From NCBI RefSeq assembly GCF_009834535.1, contig NC_045696.1:40426001-40490000 (forward strand): DNA of 64,000 bases, written 5' to 3'. Positions 52,399 through 64,000 of the stretch are shown here, piece by piece (the first letter of the stretch is position 1; every line of letters begins with the position of its first letter). The notes below the pieces were generated by a model. That model was given only the letters and a program-made list of their open reading frames with translations, ran no database searches and had not been told where the DNA came from. The DNA is from Camelus ferus. Its lineage: Eukaryota. The position numbers were made by a program, and so were the translations under genes.

Positions 52399-55195
52399 TC
52401 AGTTATATATATTACTTACTGTAATTTGTGATTGTCGAGGAAGAGGTGTGGCTGTTGGTGTGATAGTAATACTGCTGGTGACTTTATTGGTTGTTTTGTT
52501 TAGTGCCCCATTAGTTAAGCCTTGAGTTCGGTTATCCTGCGGTGGTGTTGAAGGGCTGGTAGGTCTCACGGGGCTGGCTACAGCTTGCATGTAAGGACTT
52601 CCTAAGTGAATGTGGATTTTATTATCCTCAGTAGTTATCACACTTGAACTGTTACTGTTTGAACGCTGAAACTGCCATGATGACTGCCGGTCAGGGGAGA
52701 CTCTGAAAATCGCGTGCTTGGCACTGATTTCTATAGGCTCTGGAGAGCGTCCCTGCTCAGGGGTGCTAGCTGAGCCAGTAACAGCCAAAACCTGAATAGG
52801 TGACATTGTCCTTTCTGGAGTTATGGAACCACAAGACTCTGGGGTCTGCGCCCTGGCAAAGGTTGCCATGGTAATTGGGGATATGCCTTGCTCTAAATTC
52901 ATAAGGCCTTCACCAGAGGTTTTGGATTTCACTGGTGTAATGGAGGCATTTTGGAGGATGGTTATCCTTTGCTTTGGGGTGCCACAGTTTGGTATCACTG
53001 CAGTGCTTGTGTAAGAGTGAGGACTCTCTGTGGTCGGACTTGTGATTTCAAGAGTGGCTGTGTTTTGGGCATGGTCTGGAGTAACCTTTATATGAAGTGG
53101 CTGCCCAGGAGTGTGGCTTAGGACTAGATCTCCTGGTTGCACGAAGTTGCCATTGGACTTAGTTTGTATTTTTCCATTCTGAGGATGGCCTTCCTTGGAC
53201 TTCATCCAGGGAATCCATAGCTTCCTGTTCACAGGACAGGGAGTAGACGAGTTGCATCTGAAGGAAAGCACAGACTCCTCATCATTAGGGTCCTCATCCT
53301 GGTCTGCACTCTCCTCATATAACTGACCATTGATGACTGCTCGTTCCAGAGGAATGAGACTCTTGTAATCTGGTGGCTCATTGTCTACGGCTTCTGTCTG
53401 AACTTCTTTAGAAAATACTTGAGGATCAGAGATTCTTCTTCCATTGAGACTAGGCCGGAGGCTCTTACTGAAATGACGGTACCTCTCTAACTCTTTAGTG
53501 AGGTTTTCAATCTCTCTTCCTAAATCTCTGTTCCTGTTCTCTTGTTGATTGAGTTTCTTTTGCAGAACTGAATGATCTCCCTGGAGGTGGCATATCAGGT
53601 CCTCAGTTGCCATGTATTCATGAATTTTCTCTTTCAGTGCGTCTACTTCTCTTGAGAGGTGCCCTGATTTAGCTTCTTCTTCTTGAAGCCTTTTGAAAAG
53701 CCACTGTTCATGGCTAGACTCTGTCTTTTCTGCTAACTTGTACTTGGCAAGTTCCATTTTAACATGTTCCAGCTCTTCAGATAAAAATTGAGCTTTGTCT
53801 CGTTCATTAGCATACCTTCGTTCTAGAGTCTCATACTCATCTTCCGTTTTCATGAGGTCATCCTCAATGGCTTTCATATCCTTTAACTTCAGTTTCAGTC
53901 TTTCCACTTCTTGAGAGAGCTCTTTAATTTTATTGTTCTCTTGGTGTAATGCTGTTGTGGACTTACCAGAATCCTGATTTAGTTTGTTTTTAAGGAAATC
54001 TTTCTCAATTGCTTCCAATGATTGAAGCCTATTTTTCAACATGTTAACTTTGGACAGGAGATCATTTCCTTTCTCTTCTTCTGCTTTCAGTTTGTTTTTT
54101 AGGTCATCTCTCTCTTTGGTTACATTGTACATTTTTTCTTCCACATCAGTTTTGGACTTAAGTGCCCTTTTAGTTTCCTCAATTAACTTTTCAGTAACTG
54201 TTGTCACTTTATTTTGTTCCATTTGAAGCTGAGAAGCAGCAGCTTGTAACTTATCTTCAGTTTGCTTTAATTTTTCACTCATTGTTTTCCGTTCATCTAC
54301 CAGCATCACAGTTAATGTTTTCAGTTTAGTTAAGTCCTCTTTTAGGGTGAATTCTGTCTTTTCCAGCCGACTTTCAATGGTTTCTAGCTCTTTGATCCTT
54401 ATCTTTAAACTCTCTAGTTCTTGAGACAATTGCTTTGTGGTCATCCTTTCTTTTTCTAAACTGCATTTCAGAGAGTGACATTCTTGTTTGCTTTTATTGA
54501 AAGCATCTTCTAATTTTTCCAGGGCCATAATCCTTTTACTGAGTTTTTCAACCTCAAGTTTAAAGTCTTTACTCTGTGATGTTTCCTTTTCCAGCCTCTT
54601 ATTGAGATCTCTGCACTGCTCCTCCATTTTTATGAGCTCTTCATCTTTCCCTTCCATTTCTAGCACACGTTTTCTGAGCTCCTCCACTTCAACCATGATA
54701 CTGGAGTTTCCATATTCTCCCTTGTTGATTTTTTCTTTTATATCTTGCAGTTCCTCTTCTGCTTTTCGTAAAGACCTGTTTGTCTCTTCTAACTCATCAA
54801 TTTGCCGGCTAAGTGCTGCCAGCTTTTGTCGAAGCTGGCGGTTTTGACTGTCCTCGTTTGTGAGCTTCGCCATAATTGCTTCTTGGTTCTGGTGAAACTC
54901 TGTGGTCTGTGTTTGCAGTTCTTCCTCTAGTCTGTTTGCCTTCTGCTCTTCCTCCTGAACTCTGGCTTCAGCAAGGGCTAGTTTAGCATGTGTTTCCTTT
55001 GCACTTGTGGTTAGGTCTTGGATTTTCTGTCTTTGAAGGGTAAGCTGTGACGTCAGCCTTTGTTGTTCGTCCACCACCATCAAAGCAAAAGACTTCAGTT
55101 TGGTCAGCTCCTCTTTCAGGGCGGTGACCCTCTTCTCTTTTTCTTGCTCCTTCTTCTCCTGGGACTCAGTTTCTTGGTCAATCAACCTTTTTAAT
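52399..55195 (-). CDS. FILIP1L: Filamin A-interacting protein 1-like, large 3' coding exon (coiled coil + Ser/Thr/Pro-rich tail); upstream exons are outside the window
   Basis: Acceptor ctcttatatttttcag| at 55196/55195, phase 2, reading LKRLIDQE...[15 protein letters not shown]. 928-codon ORF with heptad coiled coil and motifs [17 protein letters not shown] and NKIHIHLG. Ends [11 protein letters not shown]. Confidence 0.96.
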
Positions 55196-57958
55196 CTGAA
55201 AAATATAAGAGTGCAATCTGTTTTGTGATTGTTGTTTTAGTAACTAACTTATCAGCTGTGACTAAACATTTATGTAATTTAGAAGGAGTAAAGGCAAGAA
55301 TATTTGGTTTAAAATTCTTGTATAACATATAATCAGTAGACATTCTAGCCTGAAGGCTGTAAATACAGCCACAAGCTTGAGATTCAGTTGGACATGGCTT
55401 CAAGACTGGCCCTACTCTTACCAGCTAATTAACCTGGGCAGTTATTTAACATCTCTAGGATTCAGTTTCCTGTGTGAAACGGAGGCAACAATTGTATTAT
55501 CTCAGGGACCATTTGTGAAAGTTAAATGAGATAATTTGTTTAAGATTCTCACAGTGCTGGCACATAATAAGTATTTGATAAGTGTTCCTTTTTCTTATTC
55601 ATGTGGTTATTATATTTATCAAAGGGTTTGCTTGAACCATTATAATATGCAGTACATTAATGTTTGGTGCTTAACTTCCTGATTCTTAGTTAAGATAAAA
55701 TTTATTCACATTGCTTAGAAGTTATGCACTTTACTGGTGGATACCCCTTTGCCAGTTAAAACTTGGTTCATACCAGCATGACAGTGTGTCAGGAATCAAT
55801 TCACGTATATCTTTATCCCTACAATGGATGGTAGTTGGATGAGAGGAGCTGACAGGCACCTGAAGGGGTTTAGAGTTTTCATAACATGTGGGAAGAGCAT
55901 GAGGTTTGATAGGAAAGAGCTTGATGAGAGGCATATGTTAGAAATGGCAGATGAAAAACTCTTATCAGGAACACAGTGATTCCTCTCTTAAATGATGACT
56001 CTATTATAATATTTTTTTCTTTACATTTTAAATTTGTCAACATAATGAGAGGACGTGTTACATGCAATATAAGCTATCTCTTCTGTACACTTTTTCCCTC
56101 AGTATTGAGGTCATAGTTTTAAATTTGTAGCACTCTTAATTATATTGGGAATGGGCAGATTATAGAGGATGTAATTACAACTTTGCAGTATTGTTATACA
56201 GAAACTAAAATAGAATGGAATCCCTGAAGAACTGAACTAAAGCACTTGTCATGGATGGAAAGTTATAAATATTTGTTTTCTGATCAGGCATAAAGAGTTC
56301 ATAATATGTTAGTATGTCTTTTCTACTAGGAATGAGTTTAATTATCCAATGCATGTCTTTAATCCTTGCCACAGAACTTTCTTTTTAAAGTTGTTTAAGG
56401 ATTTGAGGAGACATTTTAAAAGGAAACTAATTTGGGGCAGTCTTCTTTGAAATAGTCTTTTCTGAGTTCCTAATCTGCTTTTCTATAATTGCACTACATA
56501 ATAAGAGGAACATATTTAAAATAATTTGTATAATGTAAGAATTTTCAAACTTTTTTATGGGGAGGATCCACTTTTAGTTTTTCCTGTTTTGAGAACCTGA
56601 CAGTCTGGCCCAAGGGCTACAGTCTGTGAAATTCTGAAGAAGCTGATCTGGATGCTGGGGTGGGGTTGATGATGATCTCATCAGCAGTCTGGGCAAGAGG
56701 CTTGCACATGGCTTCTGGCCCTGCCCTACTCCCTGTTTGAGACACCTGGGAGCCTGAGAGAGCCATAACGTCTCCCTCCTGAATGGGTAGTAGGACTTAA
56801 CAACCTAGTGGTAGAGTCCGTAGGTAAACTGCTTTTGTGGTGAAATAGTTACAGAAACTTTGGCAAAGTGCTTCTTCCTCCCACCTTAGTATTAGAATGG
56901 TATTTAACAAAACTGCAGCAAAATATTTTCCCTTCTTTACATCACAGTGCTTAGAATTTTGTTAGAGAACAGTTTCACAGAACCTTTTCAGGATTTCAAC
57001 TTATTAAGTAATACCACCTGCTATTTCATGAGGAAAAGGTATATTTTCTTAGGATACAAGAGAGAGAAGATTGGAGTATAATGAACATTTAAATTGTATG
57101 GTCATCAGTGAATCTTAGCAGTGCTATAACTGGCAAAAAGGACTTAAAAAGTTTCCGTTGTACTCAGTGTTTTCAGCAGCAAGCACGGATGCATCTTTTT
57201 CAGCATGGTGCAAGTTCATGTATCTTTCTAATGTTTCTGGAAATCAGCTGGTATCCCCATCTGTTTCCAAGCGCCATCTTACAAAATTAGATACATAAAA
57301 CTGATAATTTGAATATATTTGCTCTCAGCATTTCCTTACTACTTGTTTCCTAACCTACAATTTCCCTGGATCAGTCCCGTGAACACACCTTAGAACAGTC
57401 AACAGGCTAGTCAGGTAAAGCCTTTCAGGGAGAAAACAGGAGTTTATATGCAGGAAGAGTTATACCCCCAACCATCAACCAGTGTGAATCCAGGATAGGG
57501 AGGTCTTGATGGAACCTTTCCAGAGCCAGCTGGGTGCCTGTAATGCAATTACACATTGCAGGGTTGTGTATGAGAGAGAGAGAAAAAAGAGAGAGAGACA
57601 GAGAGACTGGTTGTGCTGCTGAGTCATTCACTATTTCTTGCTTTATCTCCAGAAGCATTTGAAGGATGAAGTTTAAGGTTAGTTTATGGTCTTGAAGAAA
57701 GGCATTTTTTTGTAAAGTTAACTGCTCTTATAAGATTTGAAGCTTCAAGCCTGGCCTCTTTTGCACAGTACACTAAACGAAGAAGCTAATTGTCACTCTG
57801 CTAATTGGTGTATATATGAGTGTGTGTGTGGTGTGTGTGCATGTGTATATACACATATATCTGTTATATTTCTGACTAGTTGTATTTTTTTCTTTCAAAT
57901 ATATATCTGAATGCTTTCAGCGAATATTTGCTGAGTGTTGACTTTATTTTAGTCATTC

Positions 57959-58301
57959 GAGGTCCACAATCACTTACCTAGAACCTTTCAAGCCAAATGG
58001 TTCCAAATTTCTAGAGTTTTCAAATTTTAGAAAGGCAGTAAGGAGGCACCCACCATATATTCTATAATAGCTCCATCAAGGCCTGTGGCACCATCTCTTA
58101 AACAAACTTCTGAATACTTCTGTGGCGAACCATATGAATAGTTAAACTAAGTGGGATAATTAAAATATAAATAGCCTCACATCTATTCAGGTTTTGCTGC
58201 CAAATAAGTTGAGATGAGGAGAAGTTTTGCTGTCACAGTTTATCAAAAACTTTGTGTAGTTTTTAGATTTTTGAAATTGCAGACATGGGATTGTGGACAT
58301 G
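57959..58301. mobile_element. MER46C-like Tigger MITE
   Basis: Inverted ends ggtccacaatc / gattgtggaca; internal actaagtgggataa...ataaatagcctcac...caggttttgctgccaaat. Confidence 0.75.
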
Positions 58302-59811
58302 TACAATGAAGGCATAGACTTGGTATCTTTTTGGTAAGGAGGATGTGGAGTTGAGGGTTCTAAGGCAACATTCTTCATCAGCAGGATTGGGTTTTAAACT
58401 AAACAATAACAATTTTCTGTCTCCGTTATTTTTATTTGCACATTAATAAATTATTGCTCCTCTTCCTGTGAGTAATTCCAATTAATATGCCTTTGTGCAG
58501 GGAGGTTTGAATAATCTATGCTAGGGTACCTTCAGCCTCAGCACTGTTGACATTTTGGGCCAACTGATGCTTTATGGTGGGGGGGCCATCCTGTGCCTTG
58601 TAAGGTATTTAGCAACATCCTTGGTCTCTACTCACTAGATGCCAGTAGCATCTCCCCAGTTGTGACAATCAAATATGTCTCTAGACATTGTCCAATGTCT
58701 TTTGGGGACACAACTGCCCCCAGTTCAGAATCAGTGATCTATTTGTGTGTGTATGTTGTGTGTGTGTATAGAATGTGTATATGTCAGTCTGTCATTAGAA
58801 GTTAAGACTCTCCCTGGTCCTGCCTTACTCAGCTTTAATTAATAAGCCGGTGTAACAGAAAGTTCCCACTTGGGTAACATACACACCCGGTGATTGTATT
58901 GTCCCTGCTCATGGCCTGTTCTTTACTGGTGTTTCTCACAATATAAGGTTCATGGAATCACCTGTGATCTTGTTAAACTGCAGATTCCAATTCTGTAGGT
59001 AGGGATGGGCCTCAAAATTTGTATTATAACAAGCTCCCAGGTGATGCCAGCACTGACTAAGCCTTTTCTATTAATGTGTCAGATGTTTTCTGGAAATGAT
59101 ATTTGGCTGAATATTAACTTGACCAATTGTTCATTATTGGTAATACCCCAAACTGTGGGCATGCCCTGTATTTCTGACCTGCAGAGCCATCCATTTTTCT
59201 CACAGAGAACATCAGGTAGGAGAGCATGACTAACTTAGCTAATATCTGCCAACGTTACTGGAAAGAAATGACTCAAAATGCGTGTCACAGGTGTTTGGTC
59301 AGTAGCTAAATTTTCATCTAAAAAAGGCAGTGAATAGCTTTAGTTCCAGTCCAAAGCCTAAAATATATATGACTATATAATAACTATCATTCTTTTGTGC
59401 CAGTGATGTGCTGCCAAGCACTGAGCTAAATCTGTACAGCTATTGGTTCTAATTCTCATAGTAAGCTTATAGGGTTTGGGATGATTATTTACAGCCATCA
59501 ACACTGAGGCTTAGAAAGGTTAGGAAGGGGCAAAGCCTATGTTCTTTCCTCATACTACACTGCCTCCCCAACAAACAACATGAACTATTTCATGGGCCTG
59601 GTCCACATCTGAAGTGTTTCTCAGGTAACACTCTCTGTATTAGAGAAACTATCAACCTAAAGAAAAATTCTCATTTATCATTGTGCTTGCATTCTTTTTA
59701 GTTTATATCTCATAGAGCAGTGGGTTTCAAATGTTTGCTTTTATATCTCCTAAAATAATTTTCTATTATGTACGTAAAAGAGTACTCACAGCACTTTTAG
59801 CAAATGCTAGC

Positions 59812-60905
59812 TTTTTTTAGCTTATTGAGGTATAATTGAAAAATTATAAGGTATTTAAAGTATATACAATGTGATGATTTGATATACATATAAATTATGA
59901 AAGGATTCCCACCAAGTTAACAGTTCTATCACCTCACACATTCACCTTTTTTGTATCTGTGAGAACACTTAGGTTTTACTCTCTTAGCAGATTTCAATTA
60001 TAAAATACAGCATTATCAACTATAGTTACCATGTTACACGTTATAACCTCAGACCTTATTGACCAGCCTCTCCCTATTTCCCTCATCCCCCTAGGCCCTA
60101 GCAGTCACCATTCTACTCTCTTTCTGGGTTCAACTTTTTTTTCAGGTTCTACATATAAGTAATACCATGCAGTACTTGTCTTTCTCTGTCTGGCTTATTT
60201 TACTTAGTATAATGCCCTCTATATTCATCTATGTTGTTGCAAATGGCAGAATTTCCTTTTTTTAAAGGCTGAATAATATTCCACCATATTTATGTAAGCA
60301 TATGAATGTATATATGTGTTTTAGATATAATGTATTTTATATAACATAATATTATGTATACAGTTTGTAATAAATATGTAAATATATAATGCATTATACA
60401 TAAATGTCACATTTATATATGTGTTTATATTATATAGTGTATTACAACATATATTATAACATGTAACATTATATAATACATAATGTATGGCATATATTAT
60501 ATACAACATGTTATACAGAAACATACATTTATATATACTGTATAAATGTATAAAATATAATTTATATACATTATATATTTACATATGTAAATTAGTTACA
60601 TATTTATATATGTGAAACATATTTGTATATATATACACATGTACACTACATTTTTTTATTCATTCATCTGTTGTCAGATACTTAGGTTGTTTCCTAGGCT
60701 ATCGTGAACAATGCTGCTGAACATGGGAGTTCATCTATATCTTTGAGATAGTGATTTCCTTTTGATACATACAAAAGGATAACATAGTAGTTCTATTTTT
60801 AGTTTCTTGAGGAATCTCCATACTGTTTTCCATTGTGACCGTACCAGTTTACATTCCCATCAGCAGTGTACAAGAGTTCCCTTTTCTCCACATCCTCCAA
60901 GCATT
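59812..60905 (-). mobile_element. L1 3' fragment (L1MA-like) with an expanded AT-rich low-complexity tract (about 60290-60645)
   Basis: ttattgaggtataattga, tttctctgtctggcttattttacttagtataatg, cagtttacattcccatcagcagtgtacaagagttcccttttctccacatcctc. Confidence 0.9.
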
Positions 60906-62542
60906 TTTTTCTAGCAAATCTGTTTTGGAAAGTATGTGTGTGAATTACAGATGTAGACACTGATTCCCTTAAAGCTCTCTATGCTTGTACCTCTGGAAAT
61001 TCTTTGTGTACCCTCAGGGGTATATATACTCCAGTTTGAAGAATGCTATCTTGGAGTACTCATATTCATGTTCAAGTAATGACACCACAGGATTATAGGA
61101 ACATTCACTGACTCATGTCCAATAAAAACAGATTGTAGAAGCTGGTTTTATGGACACAAATGTGAGGTAGTTAAATCCATTCTGGCTTACAGCAATGTCT
61201 TATGACAGCTCTTCTTTAGAGTTTCTATTATGGCTCAGAACTGTTACAACTTACTGTGGTTTATCACTATTATTATGTGCAGTGCCAGCTCCTTGTTTTT
61301 TCAAAAATATCACATCTGTCATCTTGAATGTTCTTTGGTACTAACCATAATGCTGGTTCTTCATTACAAATTATATATTCAGAGTGTCTTTTCAGTTTTT
61401 ATTTACACACACACACACGTCAGCACACATGTGTCACTATATTTAATCTCCTGTGTGTGAGACACTGAGTGTTAGTAATATGCATCATATAACACACACA
61501 TGAGACAGATGGTTTGTCTGAATGTTATAATGCCAGTCATACTCATAATGATTTATAATTCACACTTTTGATTTTTGTCTTATTTATGTACATTACAGTC
61601 AACACTCCTAAAATAAGAGCTTCTTAAGAATAGGACACATGTCTGATACATTTGTGTCTTCTACAGTGTCTGCCTCAAAGCCCTTAACATGTAGAAGGTA
61701 CCAAATGAATTTTTTTTTTTAAATGAATGAATCAACATTTCTTGTGGAAAATACTATAGCACTGTCCTAAGTAATTTTATTCATTTTTAAAAGATACTCT
61801 TGTGTTTACCATGTTCATGGTCTTACGTATTTAAGAAAATGAGGTGTAAATGGTTTTCCCATTGGTGTTCTCCAAATACACTGGCCTCTAGAAAGAATCG
61901 AGACTGCTGGAATATCTCCTCTTCCTTCTTCAGATCCCTGCATTAGAACTGTATGTGTGTGCTTGTTTGAGGAGAAGAGAGATGGGTAGTAAATGTCCAC
62001 ATCCTAGCCCCTATCTCTCCTTTGGATATTTCCTCTCTGTAAACAAAGGAGTGGTCATTTTAATTTTTTTTCTTTAGAGTCAGAGGTCTACTGGGCAAAT
62101 ATGTTTGTTTATTATACAAGCAACATTATATCAACAGCAAATAAAACTAAAAAGGAAATAGTCATCTATGATCTGACCACCTTAACACATCTTATCAAGC
62201 AATGAAACCAGTTCCTCAAGCCATTAATGGCACTATGTTGTTTCTGTTAGCTGTAGAGATTAACCTACAAACAGTGAACAACTTCAGAGTCAGCTTTTCA
62301 TCTATCATCTTAAGGAAGCAAATACTTCACTGTATTTACTGGGCAGATCTTGAATTTAAAGTTTTTGATGTTATGAATATGGCAACACTTATGCTCATTT
62401 GATTTACAAACAACGAAGGACTCTAGTTAGTACTGAGGCTGTACTGAGATGAAACAGTGGAGGGTTCCTGTTCTCTGGAGTTTGTAGGCTGTTTGGAAAG
62501 AATGAGCAGATAATTTCAGTGCAACTCAGTGAAGTCTCCAGA

Positions 62543-62940
62543 GCAGTAGTTCTCAAACTTTTTGGTCTCATGACTCCTTTACACTCTTAAGAATTACTGA
62601 CTGTTTTAAAATATTCATGTATTTATTCATTAAAAATAATAAATCCACTATATGTTAACATAAACATGTTTTTATGGAAAATAACTTTTTCAAACCAAAG
62701 AACTTTGTGAGAAGAGTTGTTTTGTATTTCTGCAAACCCCAATGCCTGGCTTAATTGAAGACAGCTGTATTCTCAAATCTGTTTCACACATTCCGTTAGC
62801 TGTCAGAGCAATGACCTCACCACACGTCATGTAGCCTCAGGAATACTTGTACACTTGTGAGAGAATGAGAGTGAAAAAGATAGTGTGATAGTGTTAGTAT
62901 GAAAATAGCTTTATCCTCACAGATCTCTGGAATCACTATT
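62543..62940. mobile_element. Charlie1-family hAT DNA transposon remnant
   Basis: cagtagttctcaaactttttggtctcatgactcctttacactcttaa and tggcttaattgaagacagctg motifs. Confidence 0.7.
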
Positions 62941-64000
62941 CTCGAGGACCAGACACTTGAAGCATAAATGGTAAATGTGTCTTTCTCTGGAAAAGTCTCT
63001 GGTTTAGGCTGTCACCTTCTTTAGGCTGTTACTGAGTGAGCCCTTCACTTCATACTGATGAAGTCCATAGATTTGCTGGCCTTGTCACTGCTTCAGTGTT
63101 TACATCATTAATGAAACTGGTTGTTTGCTTCCCACCATAGATAGATGGAAGATTCCCCACCTTCAGATACTTCTTTCCCAGTTCCTAGAAAATTTCTGAA
63201 TGACAAAACTGTCTCCATGAGACATTGTGTTTTGTTTGAAACCACAATTTGAAATAAGGGCATGGGAACCACTGAGTTACTTGGTTTTTAAGTGGGTTCA
63301 TCCACAGTACTCTGCAGGTCACCTGGCATTTAATTCATATCAGACCTTTCTGAGGCAATTATAGTGAGCAGTTGCTATGTGCAAAGTACTGTACTTGTTA
63401 TTTGTCAGTTTACTTTTTTCTGTCAAACCTACCTGTATACTTGCATAGATTACTCTGGTCATAACTTATAATAGTTTCCCATCAACAACCAAATAGTGCG
63501 ATGATACCGAATCCTGTTGGGTCTTTTTTTAAGATAGAAAATACATTGTATCTCTCATTCTTCTCCTAGATGGGCTTCAATGCCTATACTTGCTTTCATT
63601 CTTCCAGTGCTAGTTTAATTTATTACTTTTTCTTCTTGATTTAATATGTTAATTGATAAGCAGAAAACTACATACACTGCTTTAGTCATTTTTTTTTTAC
63701 CTGCTCTCATGGCTACACTTTGCTAGTCTGATTATGATTATATCTGACCTTATCTTTTAGCAATTATTATCTAATATGTAATTTTAGTTGTTGCATTGCA
63801 TTGGTAGTAGCTATGTTCATGGTTAAATAACCACAGAATTCTAAGCAGTTTGCAGAGTAATTACGTGGAATTTGTTGGAAAGCTTCCTTAGGTTGAGATA
63901 ATCGGGTCTATAATTTATGTTTCCTTGCTCTACTCTCTGCTTTTTCAATGGGACTTTTCACTGTTTAGTCTAATTTTTAGGAGCACTCATAAAAATAGCT

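Noticed and set aside
52823..54847. Plus-strand ORFs antisense to FILIP1L
   Set aside because: Ser/Phe/Leu-rich mirror of Glu/Lys coiled-coil codons; no independent gene signals.
1..64000. CRISPR array, operon or other prokaryote-type novel system
   Set aside because: The window is spliced mammalian DNA; no regularly spaced repeat-spacer array or unexplained long ORF was seen.

Overview
Mammalian genomic DNA, most likely a camelid (two tRNA-Ala-derived Vic-1-like SINEs; no Alu, Bov-tA, PRE-1 or CanSINE recognised). It covers the COL8A1 - CMSS1 - FILIP1L locus. It contains both coding exons and the 3' UTR of COL8A1 (+, 744 aa), then a repeat-rich intergenic stretch with a decayed ERV-L provirus and several LTRs. 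Next come the CpG-island promoter and first coding exon of CMSS1 (+). Nested antisense in CMSS1 intron 1 is the 2.8 kb 3' coding exon of FILIP1L (-). Most other ORFs in the track are shadows or repeat noise. I found no convincing new biological system. The best novel-looking signals are splice and 3'-end level. (1) A probable orthologue of the distal FILIP1L terminal exon has an acceptor reading TAC instead of YAG. (2) COL8A1 has a CAGTAG tandem acceptor. (3) A miR-29 8mer lies between two COL8A1 poly(A) signals. (4) An in-frame upstream ATG precedes the CMSS1 start. Repeat family names are from recalled consensus sequences, not from a database search, and repeat boundaries are approximate.
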